Below, piece after piece: positions 17,280-26,016 of a DNA stretch of 64,000 nucleotides. Origin of the DNA: an uncultured Verrucomicrobiae bacterium. Its GTDB lineage: Bacteria > Verrucomicrobiota > Verrucomicrobiia > Limisphaerales > Palsa-1400. Location of the stretch: NCBI GenBank assembly GCA_963707025.1, contig CAVPOM010000003.1, positions 256,001-320,000 of the forward strand, given 5' to 3'. The position numbers and the translations under genes are program-made. The stretch's first letter is position 1, and every line of letters starts with the position of its first letter. A model generated the notes under the pieces. The model was not told where the DNA came from and ran no database searches. It worked only from the letters and a program-made list of their open reading frames with translations.

Positions 17280-20173
17280 AGACGATGAACTCCACCTTTC
17301 TATCCCGGCTCCATGCCGCCGCCAACTTGATTTTCAAGAGCGGGGCGCCCTTTCCCTTCAATAAGATCATGCCCTACGACGCCATGGGCGGGGAGCGGAT
17401 GTACCGGGCCTTCGAGCAGTCCACCTGGGTGATGAGAGCGATCAAGAAGATCGCCGGACCGATCGCGGCGGTGGATTTGCATTTCACGCGGGCGGGAGAA
17501 CGGTATCACCAGGCCGGGCTGGAGGCTTATTGGGAGATGCCGGGAGCGGGGCTGACGCGGACGGATTTGATCGAGGCGACGGTGGGCTGGCTCAAGCTGG
17601 AAGGGGAGGCCTTTTGGCTGCTGGATGATGCCTGGCTGGCGCCGTTTCCGGGGCAAGGAAATTTAATTGGCGGCGGTCACAGACCGCCGCTCGCGGTGGC
17701 GCGGCCGGACCGCATGCGGCATGTTGTCAAGAATGGAGAGTTGCAGGGATGGGAGTACGTGGACGGGGCGGGCCGGCGGGCGCTGCTCCTGCCCGAACAG
17801 GTCATCCAGTTGAAGCTGTGGAATCCTTACAACGACTGGCGCGGCATGGCGGAGTTGAAGCCGTGCCGGGACGCGGCGGAGGCGGATTACCTGGCGGGGA
17901 AGTTCAATTTAAACCTGATGCGCAACAACGGGGACCAGGGGGTCTATGTCATCGCCAAGGACGGGCTGCCGGTGGACGGGCAGCGCCAACAAATTGTGGA
18001 CCAGATCCGGGAGAAGCGGGAGCTGGCCCAGCGCGGGGTGTTCAAGCCGGTGTTTCTGGACGGAAACGTCACGATCGAGGACCCGAAGATCCGGGTGCCG
18101 GACGGGGATTTCATCGCCTCGCGGCTGCAGAACCGGCATGAGGTGTTTATCGCCATGGGTGTGCCGGCTTCGATGGCGGATGTCAAGGCCAGTTACTCCA
18201 TCGGCTCGGCCTCGGACTGGTTCATGCTCATCGCCGAGACGTGCATCCCGCTGGGGGAGAAAATCTGCCAGGGGATCAACCAGGTGTTGCGGCGCCAGGG
18301 GGCGGCGCAGGTCAGGGCCTCGCTCAATTGGGACGAGCATCCGGTCATCCAGGCCGTGCGCCGGGAACGGGCCGACACGGCGGCCAAGTATTTTGCCATG
18401 GGCGTGCCGCTCCAGGCGCTCAATGATTATCTGGACCTGGAGCTGCCGGCCTGCCCGGGTTGGGAAAAGGCGTATGTGCCGGCCAAGCTGGCGGAGATCA
18501 GCCAGGAGGCGGCGCCGGCGGCCGCCGTGACGGTGGATGACATGGATGACACGGTCGGCCTGATGCGGCAAGCCCTCAGCCCCGCCAACAGGATCAAACG
18601 GGCTTTTAACGCAAAGGCGCACAGGCGCGAAGACGCAAAGACGGAAGAGGACGGGAATGGCGGATTGGGATTAGGATCAAGATTAGGATTAAGATTAGCA
18701 GGCCAAGAGGGAGCAAGTCAGCGCGCGACGCCCTCCTGCGCTGAAGCTTCCTCCTTCACCGGGCCTGCGCAGGACGGGACGGAGGGCAGGGAGTCCCGCC
18801 CTGCCGACGGGGAGACGGCCGGAGTGCGCCCGTCCCCGGGCGCAGCCACTTTCGGACTTGCACCCCGCCCGGCCAATCCCGCAACCGCCGGGTCTTTGCG
18901 GCCGGCTGCGCCCGGGGACGGGCGCACTCCTTTGCTGATGAAGGGGTTCGTCCCGCGCTTTAACCGGGAGTTGATGAAGGCGCGCACGGAAACGCTGCGG
19001 CGGCTGGAGGGGAACGGGACTTTTGTATTTGACACGGCGGGGTTTGCGCGCGGACTGGCCACGGGACTGCGGCCGGTGGCGCAGGCGGCGTTGCAGGACA
19101 TGCAAAATGAGGACGAGCGGATCCTCTGCTTGGACAGGCGGGAAATGGTCTGGCGGGCGGAGGCGGAACGGATTGGACGGGAGATCGAGACGGCGGCGGG
19201 CCAGGCGGAGGGAGGCGGGCAGGCGGACGCGGTGCGGGCCAAGTTTAATGAGATCGCCAAACGCCGCGCCCCGGAGCTGGCGCGGGAGGAAATGGAGGCG
19301 CTCCACTGCGGATTAGGATTAGGATTAGGATTAGGATTAGGATTAAGATTAGGAGGGGAAGAGGGATCGAGTCAGGGCGCGACGGAGTCTCGCCCTACCG
19401 TCGGCGCGGGCGAAGCCGCTGCTGTTATTCCGGCCTGCGGCGGGCAGGGGACTGCCCGCCCTGCCGTGAAAGGAATGGGGGTGGCGCCGCTGCGGCGGCT
19501 GCTCCATCCGGAGGTCAGGGTGGTGGACGCGCGCCGGGGGATCGTGGATTATATCGCGTCGGATGAAAGTATTGACAGTTACAAGGAGGTCATCCGGGCG
19601 GCGGGCTGGCGCTTCACCCATTTTGCCCGGAATGCGCCCTTCGTGGATTCGCACGATTATTCCAGCATCGAGAAATGCCTGGGCAAGGTGATTGATTTCC
19701 GGGTGGACGGCGCGCGGCTGATCGAACGGGTGCAGTGGGCCATAGATGTGCCGGAGAACAAGCTGGCCCAGATCGGCTGGAAGATGACGGAGGCGGGCTA
19801 CCTCAAGGCGGTCAGCCTGGGGTTTTTTCCTGTCAAGTATGTCACGGCGGGCGCGGGGGAGGAATGGACCCGGCAGTTGCGGGAGCTGGGGTTGCCCGCC
19901 GACGCGCCCGTGCGCACCATTTACACCGAGCAGGAACAGGTCGAGCTGTCCTGCTGCGTGGTCGGGTCCAATCCCAACGCCCTGGCCAAGGCCTGGCAGG
20001 CGGGGGCCATCAGCGACGCGGACATCGCAACACTTTCCTTGGAATACTCACCCCGTGAAAACGGCCGCGCGGCCGACTGTCCTGCTCCCGCCGCGCCGGC
20101 CCCGGGGCAGGCACGGGCGAGGTTTTTGGAGGAATTGCACAAAGCAATGAAAACAGAAGAACAGAAATTATGA
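17276..20173 (+). CDS. HK97-type portal fused through a repeat-rich linker to an HK97-type prohead protease (965 aa)
   Basis: Portal: LKLEGEAFW, RPDRMRHV, EQVIQLKLWNPYNDWRGM, IAMGVPAS; protease: ASDESIDSYKEVI, FVDSHDY, LKAVSLGF, ELSCCVVGSNPNA; ATGA overlap with TerL. Confidence 0.85.
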   Translation: MKTMNSTFLSRLHAAANLIFKSGAPFPFNKIMPYDAMGGERMYRAFEQSTWVMRAIKKIAGPIAAVDLHFTRAGERYHQAGLEAYWEMPGAGLTRTDLIEATVGWLKLEGEAFWLLDDAWLAPFPGQGNLIGGGHRPPLAVARPDRMRHVVKNGELQGWEYVDGAGRRALLLPEQVIQLKLWNPYNDWRGMAELKPCRDAAEADYLAGKFNLNLMRNNGDQGVYVIAKDGLPVDGQRQQIVDQIREKRELAQRGVFKPVFLDGNVTIEDPKIRVPDGDFIASRLQNRHEVFIAMGVPASMADVKASYSIGSASDWFMLIAETCIPLGEKICQGINQVLRRQGAAQVRASLNWDEHPVIQAVRRERADTAAKYFAMGVPLQALNDYLDLELPACPGWEKAYVPAKLAEISQEAAPAAAVTVDDMDDTVGLMRQALSPANRIKRAFNAKAHRREDAKTEEDGNGGLGLGSRLGLRLAGQEGASQRATPSCAEASSFTGPAQDGTEGRESRPADGETAGVRPSPGAATFGLAPRPANPATAGSLRPAAPGDGRTPLLMKGFVPRFNRELMKARTETLRRLEGNGTFVFDTAGFARGLATGLRPVAQAALQDMQNEDERILCLDRREMVWRAEAERIGREIETAAGQAEGGGQADAVRAKFNEIAKRRAPELAREEMEALHCGLGLGLGLGLGLRLGGEEGSSQGATESRPTVGAGEAAAVIPACGGQGTARPAVKGMGVAPLRRLLHPEVRVVDARRGIVDYIASDESIDSYKEVIRAAGWRFTHFARNAPFVDSHDYSSIEKCLGKVIDFRVDGARLIERVQWAIDVPENKLAQIGWKMTEAGYLKAVSLGFFPVKYVTAGAGEEWTRQLRELGLPADAPVRTIYTEQEQVELSCCVVGSNPNALAKAWQAGAISDADIATLSLEYSPRENGRAADCPAPAAPAPGQARARFLEELHKAMKTEEQKL
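18662..18935. repeat. GATTAR hexamer run plus nested REP-like palindromes, in frame in the portal linker
   Basis: GATTAG/GATTAA units; CCCTCC..GGAGGG nested hairpins; GGAGTGCGCCCGTCCCCGGGCGCAGC...GCTGCGCCCGGGGACGGGCGCACTCC inverted repeat. Confidence 0.8.
19310..19466. repeat. GATTAG hexamer run plus REP halves, in frame in the portal linker
   Basis: (GATTAG)n encodes GLGLGLGLRL; GCGACGGAGTCTCGCCCTACC; GCGGGCAGGGGACTGCCCGCCCTGCC. Confidence 0.8.
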
Positions 20174-21433
20174 AGACGTTAAGTGAAGATCAATTCCAGG
20201 AGACAGTCCTGCGGGGAGTCAACGCGGTGGGGGAGAAATTCGAGGCGGTGGAACGCAACCAGGAGACGCTGCTGCGCAATTACGACCAGTTGGGCCGGGA
20301 AACCAAGCAAACCATGGAGGAGCTGACGCGGCTGAAGAACACGGCCAACGACCGCGCCCAGATTCTGAGCGCGGTGCAGAAGCTGCAACTGCAACTGCGG
20401 GCCGAAGCGGTCGCCGCCGGGATGGACCCGATCCAGCGCATCGTCAACGACCCGGAAAAAAGGGCGCGGCTGAACCTGGCGGTGCGCCTGGCGGTGGACC
20501 GGAACGGGGACCTGCGGCCGGCGATTGAACCGCTGGCCCGGGCCATCGGGGAGGACACCGGGGAAGGGGCGACCCTGATCATCGCGCAGTTGTTCAAGGA
20601 AATCTACGACACGCTGGCCCAGTACCGGGGACTGGAGCACGCTGGGGGTCAGGCGGCTGGGAACCAAGGTGACCAACTTCCCGGTCAAGACGGCCCGGGT
20701 GGTGGCGCAATGGCTGACCACCGAGGCGGTGGCCATCCCGGACGACACCAACGAGGCCGGTTCGACCATGACGCTGACCGTGCTGCCCAACGCGGTGCTG
20801 CTCAACGTCAGCCGGCAGTTGATCGAGGACGCGGAGTTCGACGTGACCACGGTGGTGATGGAGGACTTCCAGGAGGCCTGGAACCTGCGGCTGGACACGG
20901 CGGCCTTCACGGGCAACGGCACGGGCGACGGGAACAACGGCGGCTTCACCGGGCTGTTCAACGCCGGCAACAAGGCGGTGGCGGCGCAGGGGAACACGAC
21001 GGTGGCGGCGCTGGATTTCGACGACGTGACCCGCTGCCTGACGTCGGTGGCACCGGTGGTGTTGAAACGCAAGCCGCGCTGGTGGCTGCACCCGCAGATG
21101 CTGGTGCGGTTGATGGGGATCAAGGACAACAACGGCCGGCCGATTTTCCTGGGGGCGCTGGAGGCGCCCAGTTACGGGGCCATCGGCACCATCCTGGGCT
21201 ACCCGGTGACGGCGGTGATGGCGGCGCCCAACACCGACGCGGCCGGCCAACTGGTCGCCGCCTTCGGGGACCGGAACGGCCAGGTGGTGGGGGTGCGGGA
21301 CGACTTCGTGTTTGAATCGTCGGATCATTACCGGTGGAACACGCTGGAGCGGTCCTTCCGGGCCTACGGCCGGGCGGCCACAGGCTGCCGCCAGGCCAAC
21401 GCGTTTGCGATTTTGCAGACGGCGGCAAGGTAA
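20170..21433 (+). CDS. Major capsid protein, HK97 family (420 aa after removing one extra C near 20625)
   Basis: N-terminal coiled delta-like domain; LLNVSRQLIEDAEFD, AAFTGNGTG, IKDNNGRPIF, ILGYPV, AFGD. Confidence 0.85.
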
Positions 21434-21571
21434 GACCAAATGCCGAATGCAAAATGAGGAATGCAAAATGAAGAATGAACCGCGGATAAACACGGACAGA
21501 CACGGATAGATCCGCGTTCATCCGCGTCCATCTGCGGTTCTCAAATAAAGATCAAGATTAAGATTAAGATT

Positions 21572-22066
21572 ATGAAAAAGATATTGTTGACAATGATGGG
21601 GATGGCGGCGGCGGGCGCGGCCTGGGGGCAGGAGTATGCGAGCCTGCCCATCACCTACACGCCGCCGGGCACGACGAACACGGGGACGGCGCTGACCAAC
21701 GCGGTGCCGGCCAACGCCACCAACGCGGTGCTGAGCGATCCGATTGGACTGACGAGGTACGACAGTTGCGCCATCCAATGGGAGTTCAACGCCCTGAGCA
21801 ACGCCGCGCCGCTGGGCTGCACCAATTATCTGACGTTCGGGGCCTCGTCGGACGGGTTGGTCTTCACCCCGACGAACGCGCCGTTTCTGACGCTGACGGT
21901 GGTGATCCCGCCGACGGCGACCAACGGGGTGCTGGTGACCAATCTGTCCGGCACGCTGCTGGGAAGCATCGGCTACCTGCAGTTGCAGACCATGGCCTGC
22001 CAGGGGACGAACACCACCACCAACCATAGCGTGCTGATTTGGCGCAAGCCAAAGCGGAACGGGTAG
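21572..22066 (+). CDS. Signal-peptide protein directly after the capsid gene
   Basis: MKKILLTMMGMAAAGAAWG|QEY; beta-rich, TN-rich. Confidence 0.75.
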   Translation: MKKILLTMMGMAAAGAAWGQEYASLPITYTPPGTTNTGTALTNAVPANATNAVLSDPIGLTRYDSCAIQWEFNALSNAAPLGCTNYLTFGASSDGLVFTPTNAPFLTLTVVIPPTATNGVLVTNLSGTLLGSIGYLQLQTMACQGTNTTTNHSVLIWRKPKRNG

Positions 22067-22296
22067 GCCAGGGCGGATGGCGGATTGGGAGAAACAGGGA
22101 AGGGCGGCGGGGTTGGCGAGCCCCGCCGCCTGAGGGGGCTGAGATTAGGATTAAGATTAAGATTAAGATTAGGATTAACAGCAGGAGCGGGAGGCGTGAG
22201 GACGACAAGAACAAACGGAGTATGGGAGTGTAGGAGTATTGGGATCCGGAATCCCATCACTCCACCGCTCCACCACTCCATGACTCCATTCAGACG

Positions 22297-22941
22297 ATGA
22301 ATATTGGACTGGGAAATTTGACGGAGTTGAAGGGGCAGTTGCTGGCGGCGTCGCTGCGGAGCGACACGAATTATGACGCGGTGATCAGCGGGATCGGGCT
22401 GGGAGTGGCCAATTTGTTCGATCAGTACTGCAACCGGACGCTGTGCCGGACGGTGGGCAAGGTGGACACTTTCTCGGCGGACCGGCGGCACTGGTATCTG
22501 AATTGCTTCCCGGTGGAGACGATCACGGCGCTGGCGAAAAAGGACGATGAGACCGACGGGTTCGTGGCCTCCCCGCTGCCGCCGGCGCCGGGCTCGCTCA
22601 TCCAGGCGATGCAGCCGGACCAGGGCTACATCATGTTTATCTCGATCCAGGGCTATTACTGGTCGCGCATCCAGGTGACTTACACAGGCGGATTTTGGTT
22701 TCCGATGTTGGAGCCGGCCGATGCGGGCTACCCGGACACGATGCCGGCGACGGCCCATCCGCTGCCGGCGGCGGTGAAGTCGGCGTGGTATTTGCAGTGC
22801 CAGCAGGTGTGGAAGCGGATTGACAAGCTGGGGGCGCAGATCGCGCAAAACCCGGAGGGGCAGACGGCCCTGAGCGGGATCGGGCTGATCCCGCTGGCGG
22901 AGGAGCTGCTGCGGCCGTTCCAGAGGATGCAAATGACATGA
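22297..22941 (+). CDS. Head-tail connector/adaptor-like protein
   Basis: LTELKGQL, FDQYCNRTL, IQVTYTGGF, LPAAVKSAW. Confidence 0.7.
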   Translation: MNIGLGNLTELKGQLLAASLRSDTNYDAVISGIGLGVANLFDQYCNRTLCRTVGKVDTFSADRRHWYLNCFPVETITALAKKDDETDGFVASPLPPAPGSLIQAMQPDQGYIMFISIQGYYWSRIQVTYTGGFWFPMLEPADAGYPDTMPATAHPLPAAVKSAWYLQCQQVWKRIDKLGAQIAQNPEGQTALSGIGLIPLAEELLRPFQRMQMT

Positions 22942-23053
22942 GGAAGAAAGCGAAGAGTGACTAGTGAACAGTGAACAGTGGACAGTGGAAAGTGACCAGT
23001 GAACAGAATTTTAGAGCTAATCACTAACCACTAATCACTGACCACTAAAAACT

Positions 23054-23767
23054 ATGGACTTGCTTTTGCAATTGCAGCAGGACGTGTGCGACAAGCTGAA
23101 TTCGGAGGCGGCGTTTGAGTATCTGGCGGTGGCGACACTGCGCGGGCATGTGATCGGGAGCGAGATCGAACGGCGGGTGGCGCATCTGACGGGGAAGAAC
23201 GGGCGGAAGGGTTGCGGGCTGACGGTGAGGATGCCGTCGCTGCGGGGCTTGCAGCCGAATGTGGCGCCGGCGCAGGGGGAGGTGGCGGTGGCGGTGGATG
23301 TGGTGGAGGCGCCGGAGATCAATTTCAACGCGGGGGGAACGCGGGTGACGGCGGAGGAGGCGGCGCGGGCGGCGCGGAGGGCGCTGCACCAGTTTGCCAT
23401 CGAGGGGAAAATTCTTCTTTACCAGGATGAGAAGGCGATCGAACCGCTGGCGGGGCTGGAGAAGGAGTTTCCGGGCTGCCTGGGCTACCGGGTGCGGCTG
23501 CGGGGACGGATGAGCGAGGCGGCGGCGGGGAAATGCGCGCAGCCGGCCATAGCGGCGCCGGGGCAGACGGTGAGTTTTTCGACGACGGACGAGGGGGCGG
23601 GGATTTATTACACGACGGACGGGAGTTTTCCGGGGCCGGGGAATTGCGGGGGAACGGCGCTGGTGTATGCGGGGCCGTTCGAGGTGGATCCGGGAACGGT
23701 GGTGCGGTGGGCGGGTTATGTGGAGGGGTTGATGGGGAGCGACACGGGGGAGGCGACGATTGGTTAA
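23054..23767 (+). CDS. Putative tail completion protein with C-terminal Fn3-associated/chitobiase-C-like domain
   Basis: Position between connector and tube gene; IYYTTDGSFP...YAGPFEV motif. Confidence 0.55.
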   Translation: MDLLLQLQQDVCDKLNSEAAFEYLAVATLRGHVIGSEIERRVAHLTGKNGRKGCGLTVRMPSLRGLQPNVAPAQGEVAVAVDVVEAPEINFNAGGTRVTAEEAARAARRALHQFAIEGKILLYQDEKAIEPLAGLEKEFPGCLGYRVRLRGRMSEAAAGKCAQPAIAAPGQTVSFSTTDEGAGIYYTTDGSFPGPGNCGGTALVYAGPFEVDPGTVVRWAGYVEGLMGSDTGEATIG

Positions 23768-23862
23768 ACGCAGCATGGGGAATGCCGCGTGGATAATGCG
23801 AAAGGCAAAAAGCAGGAAGAAAGACTTGGAGCGGGAGCACGGAGTCAAACACACAATAAATT

Positions 23863-24784
23863 ATGAGCATATCGAGATCATTGCTGGCGGGCGGGCCGGC
23901 TTATGTAAATTTTAACGGGGCGAACATACCGCTGGGGGAGGATTCGCGGCTGGAGATCGCGCCGGTCAACCGGGTGATCAGCGCGGCACTCTACGGGGAG
24001 ATTGACGAGGTCTATGCGGACCTGGTGGTCAAGGGGACGGGGACGCCGCTGACCTACGATAATCTGGCAACGCTGTGGCCGTATTTGCAGCCGACGATCG
24101 GGGGGAGGATTTTCGGGAATGCGGACGCGGCGTTGCAATGGCTGTCGAACAACGGGGACGTGATCACGGTGAGGGCGGGGGCGGTGACGAGGATGCCGGA
24201 ATTAATCCTGGGGGTGGAGAAGGCGGGGATCGGGCCGATGGAGTTTGGCGGGGTGGTCGGCAATGGATTGGATCCGAGCGCGAGCAATTCGTATTACACG
24301 ATAGCCACGGGGCAGACGTTCAGCCCGCCGGCGATTGCGGCCGCGAAAATACCGCGGCAGAAATACACGGCGGGATGGGGAAGCGTGGCGGGGTTCACCA
24401 GTTTCCAGGCGCAGGAGGAGTGGACGATCACGCACGAGTTGAAGCTGGCGCCGGTGAGGATTCAAGGGCGGACGGTGGACATGAAGATCACGAGCTACCG
24501 GGCGATGGCGAAATGCATGCCCGGCGGAGCCGACGATGGCGGAAGTGGACGCGGCGCTGCTGGCGCAGGGAGGGGCGGCGGAGCACGGGGCCAAGCTGAG
24601 TGCGAAGGCGGCGGACCTGGTGATCACGGGAGCGCAGACGGTGAGTGTGACTGTCAAGAATGCGGCGCTGAAGACGGCGGGATTTGTGTTTGCGGGCAAG
24701 GCGCTGCGGAACGGGGAGATCGGGTTTGTGTCAACCATAAATGTGAGCAGCGGGACGGCCACGGCGGCGCTGGTGCTGGGATGA
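23863..24784 (+). CDS. Putative major tail (tube) protein; one extra C near 24521 (306 aa corrected)
   Basis: Position; LLAGGPAYVNFNG start; two ORFs join on a single-base correction. Confidence 0.55.
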
Positions 24785-24840
24785 GGAAATCAAGATCCGG
24801 ATCAGGATAAAGCAGGAGGAAGCAGAGGCGGGACCGAGGC

Positions 24841-25251
24841 ATGAAGATAACGATCACAGCGGGGGGAGCACCGGCGTTTGTGCTGGCGGACGACGCGGGC
24901 GGGGCGACGGTGCAGGATGGGTTTTGTCCGAAACAGACGCGGATTTTACAGAGCCAGGGGATGTTCCGGGCGGCCTACAAGGCGAACCTGCCGCGCTACA
25001 ACCTGGAGAACCGGCTGAGGTTTGTGGTGGAGCGGACCTTTGGGACGGTGGAGGCGGCGCTGAGCTTCATCGCCGGCCACGCCGACCAGACGCCGGCGCA
25101 GGGGACGCTGACGGTTTATAATCTGAGCGCCCGGGGACAGAGCCGGCGCAGCCTGGCCAACGCGGTGGTGGCGGAGGTGGAGTGCGTGGAACATGTGGGA
25201 GTGAGCTGCAAGTTTCAATACACCATCGCGGGAAACGGAGCCTGGCAATGA
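24841..25251 (+). CDS. Phage tail-region hypothetical protein
   Basis: Co-oriented ORF with GAGG RBS. Confidence 0.65.
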   Translation: MKITITAGGAPAFVLADDAGGATVQDGFCPKQTRILQSQGMFRAAYKANLPRYNLENRLRFVVERTFGTVEAALSFIAGHADQTPAQGTLTVYNLSARGQSRRSLANAVVAEVECVEHVGVSCKFQYTIAGNGAWQ

Positions 25252-25351
25252 ACAGGAAAAGCAATGCAACAGCAGCACCCCCAGGGGAGACAGGGGAGGT
25301 TCGACCCCGCCCCGCCCCTCTCCTGCAGGAGAGGGAACTGAAAATAAAAGT

Positions 25352-25987
25352 ATGAGCGCGATTGGAGTTTTACCGATTCGACTTTTTTGCGATCTGGCGG
25401 CGCGGAATGAGCCGTTGCTGGACGTTAATACCGGGCAGGCGGCGGTTTTCTATCGCGGGGACGACGTGGAGATAGACATCGGGATTGGGGAGGATGGGGC
25501 GCTGCTGGCGCCGGTCTTGTCCAACATAACCTCGGTGACGTGCCAGATTTTCGCCAAACAAAACGATGTCAACGCGCCGATGATGTCCTGCACGGTGGCC
25601 GCGGCCGGCATGAATTTGACGCTGACGGCGGCGCAGTGGGCGGGGAACACGGCGCCCTTTTATCACGCGGCGTTCGTGTTTCCGAATGGGCAGACGCAGA
25701 TCCCGCTCAACGGGGCGGCGTCGCAGAATTACTGGCTGCGCATCACGCTGACGACGGCGGACGCGGCCGCCAAGGTGATCACGCTGCTGGACGGGCCGGT
25801 CACGGTGCTGGACGGGCCGGTGAGCGGGGCCAGTCCGGGGGTGGGGAATGTGCGGTTTACGACGGACGCTTCCGGGAACTGGGTCTTGCAGCTCCGCAAC
25901 GACTCGGACGGGAAGTTTTACACGGTGGGGATTGAGAACGGGGCGGGAGGGATGCCGGGGCTTTACCTCGGAGACACGGGAAGCTGA
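25352..25987 (+). CDS. Putative baseplate/fibre-attachment protein
   Basis: FYRGDDVEIDIGI, beta-sandwich-like; precedes the fibre-like gene. Confidence 0.5.
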   Translation: MSAIGVLPIRLFCDLAARNEPLLDVNTGQAAVFYRGDDVEIDIGIGEDGALLAPVLSNITSVTCQIFAKQNDVNAPMMSCTVAAAGMNLTLTAAQWAGNTAPFYHAAFVFPNGQTQIPLNGAASQNYWLRITLTTADAAAKVITLLDGPVTVLDGPVSGASPGVGNVRFTTDASGNWVLQLRNDSDGKFYTVGIENGAGGMPGLYLGDTGS

Positions 25988-26016
25988 CTGAAATTTTGAA
26001 TTTTGAATTTTGAATT

